From the NCBI RefSeq assembly GCF_009914755.1, contig NC_060929.1: a stretch of DNA of 64,000 nt, one strand, 5' to 3'. The position numbers were made by a program, and so were the translations under genes. Under the pieces are notes generated by a model. The model was not told where the DNA came from and made no database searches. It saw nothing but the letters and a program-made list of their open reading frames with translations. This DNA is from the human T2T-CHM13v2.0 reference genome, Homo sapiens. Shown piece after piece: positions 49,575 through 64,000 of the stretch (the first letter of the stretch is position 1; every line of letters begins with the position of its first letter).

Positions 49575-49800
49575 GAATAACAAAAGCTATCATGTACCAA
49601 GGGCTTACTGTGTCAGCTTTCATTTAATTTTAGCAACTCTATGAGGTAGATATTATTGTCATCCCCATTCTACAGATGCATAACCTGAAGTGCAGGGTGG
49701 TTAATTAACTGTCTAGGGTCACAAGGCTCATGCTTAATTAACACAGCTGAGCTTCAAATCCAGGCATCGTGACAGCCAAGCCAGCACTAAGCACCACTAG
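49575..49800 (-). mobile_element. MIR
   Basis: CTATGAGGTAGATATTATTGTCATCCCCATTCTACAGATG core. Confidence 0.7.
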
Positions 49801-50014
49801 CTATGCGGCTCTTCCTGAAAGGTGCAAATTCAGGAAAGGGGGAGTTCCTGTAGTTCCAACGTATTCATTATTTAACAATGGAGTATACTTCCTGGTACAT
49901 ATTTCCTGAATATTTCTGAATGAAATTTATCACAATAGCTATCTTGGTAGCAGCCCAAAATAGAAATCAACTTCTGAGCATTAAAACCCACGAGATGATA
50001 CATTTAGTTAGAGT

Positions 50015-50185
50015 GAGGGCTTGTAAACCACAGCCTGCCAGCCATATCCGGCCTGCCACCTGTTCTTGTAAATAAAGTTTTATTGGAACACAGCCACACA
50101 TTGTCTGTGACCACTTCCACAATACAATAGCAAAGCCTAAAATACTTACTATCTTGCCAGTTACAGAAGTTTACTAATCTCTTGA
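50015..50185 (+). mobile_element. MER58A hAT-Charlie element
   Basis: ATCCGGCCTGCCACCTGTTCTTGTAAATAAAGTTTTATTGGAACACAGCCAC. Confidence 0.8.
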
Positions 50186-50214
50186 GTTAGAGAATAAAAG
50201 CTAGACAAACAGGG

Positions 50215-50480
50215 TGCTCAACTGGTGCAAATTGAGTTGTGCTCTAGAGATAATTACACACCAGATTTCAAAAACTTAGTATGAAAAAATAAAGTATCTC
50301 ATTAATCATTTTGAAATTTATTACATGTTGAAAGGATAACATTTTGGATATAGTAAAAAAAATATGTTGTTAAAACTGCTTTCACAAAAAAAACAATTTT
50401 TTTTTACACTTCTAAATGTGGCTACTAGAAAACCTAAATTAGACATGGTGCTCACATTCTATTCCTATTGAACAGTGTTA
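50215..50480. mobile_element. MER33-like hAT-Charlie element
   Basis: ACACCAGATTTCAAAAACTTAGTATG...AATGTGGCTACTAGAAAA. Confidence 0.7.
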
Positions 50481-52132
50481 TTCTAAAAAGTTAGGGCTTC
50501 TGGTTTATAAGGACTTGGAGAGTAAAACAACAAGGCTTAAAATTCTAATTTGATTACAATTTTGTTTGATACCTGCAGCATGTTTTGTATAAATACACTG
50601 TCAGACTATTTTGATATAAGGCTTGTATGTTTAGAGACTAACACATATTCCTTTTCATAACATTACCCATTTTTCAAAGATAAAAAACAATGCTCATGCA
50701 AATACTGTGAAATAAAGGCCCCATGAAGGGTTCTCACGAGGCTAATGACTCTGAACAAATAAATCAAACACGAAGAATTTCCATTAACATCAAATAAAGT
50801 GTCAAATAATCTTTCAAGATCAAGACAATGATTCTCAAACAACATATAACTAACTACTTTCCCTAACAAATTTATATTTAGTTTTCAGGGATCCCCCAAA
50901 AGATTCCTAGGACATTAACTTTGATTTTTGTTTTTTAAAACAAACTGTTGAAGCCAGCATCTTCCTTGCCTATGGGGATGCTGAAACAGAGCCAGCGCTG
51001 AGGACAGAGCTGTAATAAAGCTGGATTAAACAAGATAAAACTGGGGCACATACACTCCGATCCTTCCCCCCAGCCCAAAAAAAAAAAAAAAAAACTAGCA
51101 AAGAAATGCCTGGAAAAGCTATGCCTAACAGCTCTCCAGTGTTTAGTACAAGCCCTTTCTCTTTAATTATGTCCATGGGACATTCACTCATTTGAATCTT
51201 GGCTGCCTCTGTGCCTGGTCACATACTTGTTTCCAAAACACACAAGTGGCCTGAAAATCACGTGTTGAGCGTGTGATTGAATGCTTCCTTGAGCTCTAGG
51301 AACATAGGCCGCCCTCCGCCATGGCTTCTTCCTTCCATTCTGGTTTCTGCCTCCTGGCTTCCTGCCTTTCACAGCCCTGCACCTGCCGCTCCAACTTCCT
51401 CTCTCTCAATGGCCCTGCGTGTGCATGGACTACTGCACACGGCCAGGGTCGCTTGTCTCCTCTCCTGCACACTGGACAGATTTCTCAACTCTGCCTCCTT
51501 CTGCGGGCTGCCCTCTGGGGAAACCCTGTAGGCAGATCCCAAACTTCAGGCCACACACCAGCTTGCACACCAACTCCTTGGGGATGAGGTACCTGGGGAC
51601 TTTCTTTTGGCTCCCACCCCTCCAGCTCTTTGGGAAGATAGAAAGCAGAACTGCCTTTTGCTGCAAAAAGGGAACCCCTGGATCGCCAAAACTAGAGCTT
51701 TTTAATTTTCAACACTGAAAAAAAAAAAAGCTACATATAGTCTCCTTCCTGAATTAAAAGTTAAACGGCATATAATGACACCTAATATTTAAATATGAAT
51801 TACCATGTACCAAGGCTTTCCATGAGTCTAATTGAATATCCAAGAGCCAGTGGGCAAGACAAGACTATTATTCCATTATATACCTGGAGACCCTGATCCA
51901 AGTGGAGTGGCTTGCTCAAGGTCACACGACTACTGTGCACTAGGACCTGTGTCTAGTTCTGTGCCCTTCGTCCTCGTGGGAAAACCAGAAGAGCGTGACT
52001 CCAAGTGTGGCCTGGGACGGCTGCCTGTCCATGGCAAGATGGCCACCAAAGGTGAGAATAAGCATTTAGGAACTCTTACAGCGATCTGATGTGGCTGCAT
52101 CGTTTTTACTGTATTTTTTTACTGTATTTTTC

Positions 52133-52220
52133 TTTTCTTTTCTTTTAAGCAGCAGCAAGAAGGGGACCCTTTTCTTTTCTTTTAAGCACAGCGTGGAAGG
52201 GGACCCGAGTGGGTTGCCGA
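52133..52220 (-). mobile_element. Tiny retroposed insert made of LTR12 R-region pieces with A-rich tail
   Basis: 29/31 match to the local LTR12 (42212-42242); perfect 17-bp flanking direct repeat 52116-52132 / 52221-52237. Confidence 0.75.
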
Positions 52221-52445
52221 TTTTTACTGTATTTTTCAAATGCACCAGTCCTCAATGAATTGGCAATGAAAAACAAAACACTGCTCTTTTGACTCTTTGA
52301 GATGCATTGTTCTAGAAGGTACTAAGGTCAATTTTGAGTTAAAGCTCCTAAGATATTTATTTGTATTGGTGTATATAAAAATCCACTGTTATTACAATAT
52401 TATTCTGTAATTTTGCATGACGTACTAAACTTTCTCTTCCTATAG

Positions 52446-52943
<498 letters not shown>

Positions 52944-52989
52944 TAAAGTTTTATTTTCTAGTGTGGCCCAACAGCAACGCTTTGCTAAA

Positions 52990-53520
52990 AGAACTCCAAC
53001 TGTACCCCAGCCAACCCTACGAACTCATCCACTCACTTTCTCAGCTTCCTGTGGAGTGAGGCTCAGCAACCAGGCCCAGTCCTGGCCAAAGAACCAAGCA
53101 GAGAAACGAGGAAGATGTCACGCAAAACTACTGAGGGGCTCCTGGGGAAGATTTTCCTTCCTAATTAAAGGAAGAGGGGCACCGAGGGGAGTCTCTTTGG
53201 TCCCAACCCTGATTCTTTCCAGGATTAATGTTTACTCTAAGAGGGTGAGGTCTTTATTTGCTTTACTCAGAGATGTATCACAATGGCATAACAGATGCTC
53301 ATTGAAAAAAATGGAATGACAATGTTTTGTGAGGAGGTGATGGCTGTAGCTATGGCAACCATTTTGTAACCTTGAGGAAGGACCAAGAGAACTACAGGCA
53401 CATGGATCCAAGTCCTGACCCTGTGGAGCCTCTAAACAAACGCTTCTTATTAAATGTGGGGTTTTTACATATTAACCGTGTAGGTCATTATTGGCAGAAT
53501 TACTCTGTCTTAGTGCTGAA
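52990..53520 (+). mobile_element. Old MLT1 (J/K-like) LTR fragments
   Basis: CAGTCCTGGCCAA, GCAACCATTTTGTAACCTTGAGG motifs; heavily diverged. Confidence 0.45.
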
Positions 53521-54233
53521 AAGTTGGACTCTGCCTGGAGAGAGAGAAGGGTATGTGACATACCGGTACAGTCTGTTGGTAGATGGAAGAGGTGCTGTGG
53601 TGGAAGGGAAGGATTATCCCTGGGAAGGAGGGAGGCTTATGGGGAAGGGGCTTAGTCCTCAGTGGATTAAGGTGCATGGAGATATTGCAAGGCTTGTATA
53701 TAGTTTAAAACTCTTCAGTGGTTAACACTGTGAGCCTCAAAAATAACCAGAAGACAAATCAGTATGGAGCAGAGGTCAACAGGGGCAGCATCAGCTGGTA
53801 CGGGATGCCAAAACCAGAGGGACATCACGGGGCAGTGTCAAGTTCAAGCCCAGCCAGAGAAGCCAGAAACAAAGACAGAATACAGAGACCCAGGTTCCCT
53901 GGCCCCTGTGAGAATTACTAGGTGGGGGCCACATCTGAAGCAGCTAAATGCCTAGACAACCTGAGATGGGAGAGACTTAGGAACTCAAATATATTCAAAA
54001 TATAGAGAGGATCTGACAAAGGCAGAAAGACAGGGATGCAGCACGCTGCGGAGGATGGAAGGTGGGGTGGCTGATGTTAGATGCTCTCAGTCCTTTGATG
54101 AATTACAAGGTGAGGTCGTGGGCTGTCATGGGAAGGTTGAAATCAGGTTCAGGGATGTGGGAAGGTATGGGGGGAGTTGGTGAAGAGCAGGGAGGCCACC
54201 TCCAAGGCTGGCACAAGTATGTACTAGCATTGA

Positions 54234-55047
<814 letters not shown>

Positions 55048-56051
55048 TCACTCTGGGATCATTCACGGCTGGACACATGACTTGAGAACTCATTTTTTAG
55101 TATGCATGCTATGCTGCCATCAGAAAAAAATGGAAGGCTGAGTGATAAACCAAGCAAGGAAAGAAAATGAGGAAATTCTGAAGGGGGTTCATGGAGATAC
55201 CAAGAGCAAGGAGGGACTGAGGGGGTCTGTGTGAGGAATAGGAGCAGGTCCGTGCTCTCCTGGAAGGGTGAGAGATAAAGCTGAAGGGGAACATTTCATA
55301 TTTTGAGTAGATCATATAAACTTAAAATTAGGGGTTTAATAATTCAACATATAAGAAAATGGATACTGCAAATCAATTAAAGTATGCTGAAAGAGACTTT
55401 CAGAAAAACCCAAAGAAACAAAGGAAGGAAGGAGGGCAGGAGGGAAGGAAGGAGGGATGGAGAGAGGGACTACAGATTTGTTCCAAATCAGACCCAAAGC
55501 CCTGGTGAAGACAACAGAAGGTTCAACCCTTTGCACAAATCCCATCTGGAAATCCTCACAGGGTAGCCTCCCCCTTGGGTATAATCTGTTGCCCTTTTAT
55601 CTAGTGAACCTAACGAAACCTTTTTATCTGGCTAAACTAAACCTCCATCTCACTCTATTCATCTGTGTTCTATTTCTACTTCTCTGTCCACCATATTGAA
55701 CAGGTCATCAGCTCCTTTATTCAGACGTGTTCTGAAAAATCATGCTGAGAAATACAAATTAGGAGGGCAGCTGTCTCTCTTTGTAGATGTTGCCAAGGAG
55801 GCCCAAATCGGTCATTAAAATGCTAAAATAGCTGTGAAACTCACTAAAGCACTTACACGATCACTAAGGTTATGTCCACGCGGTGAGGACTGAGCAAGAA
55901 AAAGAAGGGAGGAGATGAGGAGGGAAATAAGAGGAAAATGCATCCAGCAGCCACAAGTTCCTCAATATCCAAAGCCGGGAAAGTGGTCAAACTGAGATTT
56001 GGAATGCTTGGCTGAATATTTTTTATAATGCTGCATTAACGGTATTGTAAG

Positions 56052-56446
<395 letters not shown>

Positions 56447-57610
56447 TCATCAGATTTATATTAGTGGAGTGCTGGAAGGGGCTTGAGAAATCACCCCACC
56501 CCATCATCCCATTTCTACAGGAAGAAACTGAGATCAAGTCAGCCCTTTTCATTTCATTAAAAACATAGCTAAGAAAAGAGTTACTTCTTTGATAATAGAT
56601 ATAGCTGATTTATAAATATTCATGAATATATACTGAGATACCAGAAGAAAAAAAAAGTCACATGGAGAATTTCCCTTGAAAATTGCTCAGTGCCGTCTGC
56701 TCTGAGATAAATGGTAATTTATTGGCAAGTCCTCGGTAAATTCTGCTTTCCAGAAGGAAGGAAGGCCTGGTGGGAAGAGGGTATTGGTGAGCTGCGCATC
56801 CTAGGAGTCCTTTCTCTTGCTTATTCATGTATTAAAGTGGTTGCCTGAAAGTCATAATGGGAAATTAGCCAGCCTTAGATCACAGCCAATATCTGTTAAG
56901 TATAAATTAGAAACACCACAAAATATCCCATTGAGCAGTTGGGAGTTGCTAGGAAACGGGAGGTCAGGCAGCACTCAAAGGCCAGGTTATTCCCATCCCC
57001 GGGCCTCTTCAGGACTCTCCAGGCTGGACTCTGGGCAGTGGGCGCCACGAGTTGACGGCTCGGCATCGCAGCATCCACGTCCAGGCAGGGAGTCCAGGCT
57101 TCTGAGCTGGGTGACTCGAACTGCTTAATTGTTAAGTGCCTCCCTCCTGCTACCAGCAGGAAAGGGTCCAATGTGTGACATGCCAGGCTGGCTTCAGGGG
57201 CAGCCTGACGCTTTCTCTAAGATAGGAGTGCCTGAGAATTCGTATGAAAGAGTTTTAAGTTGAAGACTCTTCCACAGATTAAGCACAATGTTAAAAATAA
57301 AAGGGATGCAAAAAAAAAAAAAGAAAGAAAGAAAACAAAGGAGTATATGCTCCTAAATCCAAGAAGCAGCAGACAGAAGGCTATTCATGAGTGACAGCTT
57401 TCTCCTCACCTGTCCTTATTAACACATTTCATCCACTTCCTTCAGCGATCCAATTTGCTTTACTTAACATCTACCACATCTTTCGACTTAAAAGAACAGC
57501 TTTCAGGGTTCTGATCATATTGCTTCCATGAATTTGATATTCCCCACGCCTACCCCAAAATGAACGTACGTCCTTCACAAATTCTACCTGGCAATGTGCT
57601 GCTGAGTTCA

Positions 57611-58022
<412 letters not shown>

Positions 58023-58625
58023 GACTCCAATGCCACTTCTTTCCATAATGATGACTATGACTGCTGTTTATCAGCCACCACGGCCATCAGTGGTGTCTCC
58101 GTCCGTGCCAGAGTCTGAGCCAGGAGTTTTACAGACTTGCTCACAGTTCCTCTTTGTACCTACCCTACAAAGGGTGGCTTCTGTACTCCCTTCCCTGATG
58201 GGAGAACAGAAAACTAAAGTGACAAACCAATGACCTGTGGCTGGTAAAAGGCAGGCCGGATCAGTGTTAAAACCTCATTTGGTCCACCATGATGTGTGGC
58301 CTCCCAGGACAGCCTCATCCATCATTTTACTCCAGAAATGTTGAAAGAGTAACTTGCTTTATCATCTTGTTCGCCATAAATTGTCTAAAGGAGAGGTTGC
58401 TTTTATTCACTGAGCAAACAGCAACAAATCAACTTGTTCCTTGAGAGGAAAACCTTATGCTGTTAGCCCTGGAATAGGTAGAAAAACGCCCAGGTTAATG
58501 AATTGCTATAGAGTCATCAGGCTAATGGAGAGAGCTGTAGGGCAGAGTCTAAATGCTGTGATTTACACGAGAAAACCGTGGGACCAGGCCACGGTGGTGA
58601 ATGTTGTTTAAAAATGCTACCATGA

Positions 58626-58910
58626 GGCCAGGTGCAGTGGCTAACACCTGTAATTCCAGTAATTTGGAAAGCTGAGGCAGAAGGATTGCTTGAGCCCAGG
58701 AGTTCGAGATCAGCCTGGGCAATATAGGGAGACTCCATTTCCACCAAAAATAAACAAAATTAGCTGGGTATGGTAGTGCATACTTGTGGTCCCAGCTACA
58801 TGGGAGGACTGTTTGAGCCCAGGAGGTCAAGACTGCAGTGAGCCGAGATCCCACCGCCACACTCTAGCCTAGGCGACAGAGCCTCGGGAAAAAAAAAAAA
58901 ACAAAAACCC
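58626..58910 (+). mobile_element. AluJ
   Basis: TSD AAAATGCTA. Confidence 0.9.
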
Positions 58911-60876
58911 AAACCCAGAAAATGCTATTATGACACATTACACACTGGCAGACACTCTAAAAAATCCTCCCTGTCTGTCTCCGCATTCAACTCCAACAAT
59001 ATCTTGGCATCATGAACTATGATCTGAGGCTGGTCTGTGACACAGTAACAGAAACAGAAAAAACTCAGACATGAGCTGCTCATCTCTTCACTCTTTCCTA
59101 CATTTTTGCACCCAACCCTCACTAGAGCTAAATCTCAACTGAAGAGTCTCTACTCATCCACACCCGCAGATCAGGGCCCCTTTCCAGGTACTGCTGCTAG
59201 TTTCTACTCTCCACAGCACCGAATAAAGCACAATCTATGTCTCAGATACGCGACTACACATTTACCAAAACGACCAGGACAAAGAACAAAAAAAGCCTTT
59301 GCATCCAGGCCAGTTGCTATAGAGTCTTTGAATATTCCCAACCTGCCTTCTCTATCATCTAACTACTTTGTAGCGACAGGCTGGAACAAGAAGAATGGAT
59401 GTGCTGTGAGCAGGCAAGGTGAGAAGTGGAGAACAAGCGGCGATTGTACTGTAGTTAATTATTTTAATTGAGCATGAGAAGGGAAAGGCTTGAACTCTAA
59501 GGACGTTGGCAGAGCCCCAGAGTTTATGTAAACCAGGAAATGCCTCTAGCACGCCCCAGATAGCAGGAGCAACTGAATAGAAGTGGCCCATCTGCTGATG
59601 CAACAGCGCTGCAAACAATGGCTGCTCTGAGAGAGGGTCAGTTCCACAGAGTTTTCAGAGGTTGTACACCTCTTTGTTCCTGCATGCTCACAGGCTGTGT
59701 TAGAAGCCTGGAAATCCCAGTCAAATGATGTCACGACCAGGTCCAACCTGCCCTTCCACTTCTGCACAGGACCTTATTTCCCTAATTCGCAAGGTACCTC
59801 TGATTAAAAGCCTCTAAGAGCTGCAACTCTGTACACTTGTAGTCCAATGTAAACTGACTAGCTCAAGCTTTACTGAAAGCAATGCCATGCAGTCAGTGAA
59901 TCAAATGCATAGGCCAACGTTTCAGTCAATACCAGAAAAAGAAAAGAAGAAAAAGAATGTGGTAGGCTAATTTTCCTTCTGCAATTCCTCAAACCACAAT
60001 TAGCATAGTAACAATGCCTTAAGTTTGGCCTTCATAATCCCGCGGGATTTGTTTTGGCTCAGCAAAGGGGATTTGTTTTAGCTCAGCAAAATTTGTCGTA
60101 GACCCCTACTTATGTGTTATAATAACCATATTTAAACTTCTGTGGTCCCGTAAGAAAACACGACCAAAGTATGCCTACGAGATTTCATATTCAAATCATG
60201 GTCTTTTGCCAAACGGCTAAAAGCTGAAATCTCAGTTATTCAAACTTATTATGCATACTCTTACTTAATATTCTTATTTATCTGAAGAGTTCTTTCTTAA
60301 AAAAATCACTAAATAGGGTCTAAAACATTGGTTTGCTAGTGAATTTTTCACCATCCTAAATGTGGAGGGTGAGGGGAAAAATGTTACTGTATCTTTAATA
60401 GGACCACTTTAATTTTGTAGAGGCAAACTTTGGGTATATTACAGAATTCCAAAGCCAAACAGTATTCCCTTTTAAGTGAAATACTGACAAATGAAGCATC
60501 TGGCACACTTTAATGAGCTGTTTTATCCTTTCAGAGTGGCTGAAACTAGGACAGCCATTCATCTGAGACAGTGGCTAGCACAGAGCAGTTACACAATGAC
60601 ACAGGACACACTGATACTAAGCCCACCACCACCATTTCCCATCTCCTAACACGACTTACTAAAAAGGGAAACAAAATAGACATTTAACTGAATGACTAAG
60701 TACATCCAGAAAGTGTGAAACGATACACCATTTTCTATTTTAGTTGAATAGTAAAACACACAGTTAAAAGCAATAACAAATGCTATATAACAAGTTAACT
60801 TACATGTAGATGCCGTTTTTATTGACAGCAAATAAAAAATAAGAATAAAAACCAAGAAATCATCAGCATCGACAGC

Positions 60877-61083
60877 CCAGTGGTTTTCAAGAGGAGGTGG
60901 TTTTGCCCCCTGGGGGGCACCCGGGAAAGTCTGGAGACGTTGAGAGAGGAGAGTGTTACTAGCGTCTAGCAGGTAGATGCCAGCGCTGCTTTGAAGCCTC
61001 CTTCAAAGCTCAGGCTAGAGCCCAACAACAAAGAATAACCTGTCCAGCTCAAAATGCCAGTACTGCCGAGGCCAAGAACCCTG
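60877..61083. mobile_element. MER20 hAT-Charlie element
   Basis: CAGTGGTTTTCAA...TTTTGCCCCCTGGGGG...TCTGGAGAC...CAAAATGCCAGTACTGCCGAGG. Confidence 0.8.
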
Positions 61084-61339
61084 ACTTATCCTGATACATA
61101 GGAAAAGGGTTAAGCAAGAATCATCTGTTTGAGATAGCTGACGCGGAAGGAAAAGGATGTGAAGTTTAATTATGGACACATTTCAGTTCAAAGTGCTAAA
61201 CAGGTGAAGCAGAGTAGCACGGAACTAGAAAATCTAGAAAACTAGGAAAATCAAGTAAGTTACAAAATTAAGGGAGATGATGAGGCCAAAGCTTAGAGGA
61301 GGGTTTTGAGGTGGAAATACACAGGGGAGAGGTACTCAC

Positions 61340-61506
61340 CTAGCCTGGAGCTGAAGGAGAGAAGCCAGTGTTTCTTTTGGAGCCCAGCGAGTGAGAAACT
61401 GGGGGCAGAACCCGAGGCCATGCCTACCTCCAGAGGAACCAGTCAAGAGGAGGAGGGGTGGTCAGAGAGGTGTCAGGAAGGAGGGGTGGTTAGCAGTGTC
61501 CCAGGC
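61340..61506 (-). other. MYO10: Candidate 167-nt non-coding alternative exon (headless MYO10 5' UTR or poison exon)
   Basis: CTTAAT branch-like motif plus CCCCACCCCTGCTCCCAG| acceptor; TAG|GTGAGT donor. Confidence 0.5.
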
Positions 61507-61813
61507 CTGGGAGCAGGGGTGGGGATTAAGAGGCAGGGCAGAGAGAAACTGTGCTGGCTGGGAAGCTTCCTGCAGAAGGATAGCAAGTGCAGCCTTGATT
61601 GCCTGGCATTAGAAAGAAGAAAATAGTCACAGACTCTTTTTGGAAATGTTTAGCAGTGAGGAGAAGATTGCTCAAGGTGAGGGAGCCCAGTCAAGTTCCT
61701 ATTCGCCCTCACTTCTCCCTTCTCAGCAGGTGTATGTGTATGTATATCTATATAATCATTCAGCTCCCAGGGGAGGCAAGACAAAGTTAAAAAAACAACA
61801 ACAAAAAAAAAAG

Positions 61814-62114
61814 AGGCCGAGCATGGTGACTCAGGGCTGTAATCCCAGAACTTTGGTATGTCAAGGCGGGTGGATCATGAGGTCAGGAGTTTGAAACCAG
61901 CCTGGCCAACATGGTGAAACCCTGTCTCTACTAAAAATGCAAAAATTAGCTGGGCGTGGTGGTGCACGCCTGTAATCCCAGCTACTCAGGAGGCTGAGGC
62001 AGGAGAATTGCATGAACCTAGGAGGCAGAGATTGCAGTGGGCCAGGTTTGCACCACTGCACTCCAGCCTGGGCAACAAAGGGAGACTCCATCTCAAAAAA
62101 AAAAAAAAAAAAAA
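61814..62114 (+). mobile_element. AluS
   Basis: Full dimer. Confidence 0.92.
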
Positions 62115-62119
62115 GTACA

Positions 62120-63070
62120 CAACTGTTCTTCAGAAAAGGTTGCAACAATTTATACTCCCAGCAGCAGAATAGCAGAATCCATTAATGGCAGTTTCTTCAA
62201 ATAGTCACAGAAACCAAGAAGTGTTATTAAAAAGCAACACAGAGCCAGGAGCGGTGGTGTGCCCCTATAGCCCCAGCTACTCCAGTGCCGAGGCAGGAGG
62301 ATCTCTTGCAGCCAGGAGTTTGAGACTGTAGTGTGCTATGATTGTGCTTGTAAATAGCCCCTGCACTCCAGCCTGGGCAACATAATCATGTCCCCAAAAA
62401 AAAAAAAAAAAGCATAAAACCATTAAACCATTCAATCCTCACACTAGCAAAAGTATCTCATTTTAAACTTCATTTATTTGATTACACTATTGAGAACTTC
62501 AAGTAATTTTATATTTCACCTTTTGCAAATTTCTTGTTTCTGTTTTTTACTCGTTTTTCTACTAAAACATGTTCTTATTGATTTGTGAAGGCTCTTTATA
62601 TATTAAAGCTATACATCCATTGTTATACACATTGGATATATATATCTTGTTTGCTGTTGGCTTTAATGAGGGCAGTTTGGCTATATATACATCAAAGTCA
62701 TAACAACGTGCATATTCTGATTGGCAAATACACTTTCAAGAATTTACCTTAAGGAGAAAGTATTTGTGCACATGAAAAATACAGTACTATTATTTGCAAC
62801 AACAAATAAACAATCCAGTAATAGAAATCTGACTTGAAAGTATAGCCACTGACAGAATTTTATAGTCATGAAAAAATGCGAAAGAATGTTTCAAGATTTA
62901 TTAAGTTAAAAAAAAAAGTAGGTTACAAAATTAAGGTAAACTATGATCCCAATTTAAAGGGAAGAAAAGTATATACACAACAAATATAAAGAGGGTTGTC
63001 TCTGGCTGGTAAAATTATGGGTAACTAATTTTTAAAACATTTCACATATTTCCCTAATATTTTATAATCA
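62120..63070. mobile_element. Degraded L1ME-like fragments in both orientations
   Basis: GGTTGCAACAATTTATACTCCCAGCAGCAG (minus-strand L1) and AT-rich L1 3' UTR-like sequence. Confidence 0.5.
62243..62411 (+). mobile_element. Alu monomer (FRAM/FAM-like)
   Basis: Single arm plus poly-A. Confidence 0.8.
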
Positions 63071-64000
63071 GTAAGAATCGTCTTTATATTGAGGAGGGGT
63101 GAACGCAAACCCCAGCATCTAATGCGGTGGTGTTTTTATTATTGTCACTATTCTTTGTCGCATATTTTTGAGGGTCATAGAAAGAACTTGCCGGAGAAAA
63201 AAACAAGGAAAGTACCCCTAGGATGAAGAAGAACAGAGTGAAGTGCTGAAGAGCTAATGAAGCAGAGTGGACCATCTGCACAGATGAGAGAAGACCCAGG
63301 GGAGTTTCAGACCCTGATCTTGAGAACCGCAGTCCACCCCTAACCTCTGGTCTCCAGTCTCAAACCTGGCCCTTTGCTCCAGAGTCTTCTGAGGGAGTGA
63401 CAGCTGGGAGGGAGGCTGATGGGCATTTGGGAATTGGTCCTTTGTAGCCGCTGGGGGAGCAAAGTGAGCTTTAGAACAAAGTCACTACCAGAAAGCACAC
63501 ATTGAGGGGGCTGCCCGTGAAAACGTTAATTCAGGGCGGCTAATGCTTAGAGGGGAAAAAAAAATATCTCAGTCTGCATGAGCTAGACGGACAGGGGTGG
63601 GAGTTGGGGGTGCAGGTAGGGGAGGGAAGGGATTTGCTCACAGTGGGAGCAGGAGTGCCATTCAGATTGGACATGATTCAGTAAGTTCATCAGGATAAGC
63701 CAAAGTAAAAATGCAGTGGTGGAAGCTGCAATTATGTACACCCCATTTTAGCAGCTGGCACCTCCCGGGAGGGAAGCCGACCGACTGGGGTCGCCTCTCT
63801 AATTGCACCACCTTCCCGTACATATCCTTCAGCCACCGAGGCATTCAGCAGAGAGAGGGAAGCACTTCTGTATTCCATCATTCCAGCCCTCTCGCAAGCA
63901 GCAATGCGGTTCCGGACCTGAGGACCCACATTTGTAAACTAAACAGAAGCGAGGTATGAGAAAACCAGTTTAACGTTGTAAGAGAGGTAGAAAATATGTG

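Noticed and set aside
57030-57050. CTCF-like motif GGGCAGTGGGCGCC
   Set aside because: Several mismatches to the core consensus.

Overview
Human (hominoid) genomic DNA lying entirely inside MYO10 (unconventional myosin X), which is transcribed on the minus strand. Fourteen consecutive coding exons (3179-34453; about exons 20-33, numbering from memory) splice into one open frame. They run from the end of the motor domain (MPDQFDQ..., the start Met of the known 'headless' Myo10 isoform) through three IQ motifs, the SAH/coiled coil, the PEST region and the split PH1/PH2/PH3 cassette. Positions 34454-64000 are part of the large upstream intron, which holds two candidate alternative 5' exons for headless Myo10 and a solo LTR12C with 4-bp TSD. 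The window has about 45 Alus plus MaLR LTRs, old L1 and DNA-transposon fossils. Most notable observations: an 88-bp L1-type retroposed insert built from the two ends of the LTR12 R region (17-bp TSD); a hairpin covering the donor of the in-frame-skippable IQ/SAH exon; a GC-AG intron; uORFs overlapping the headless start codon; an unexplained diverged direct repeat flanking a PH exon; and a perfect 30-bp palindrome. No prokaryotic-type systems are present. Repeat subfamily names were recognised by eye and repeat boundaries are approximate.
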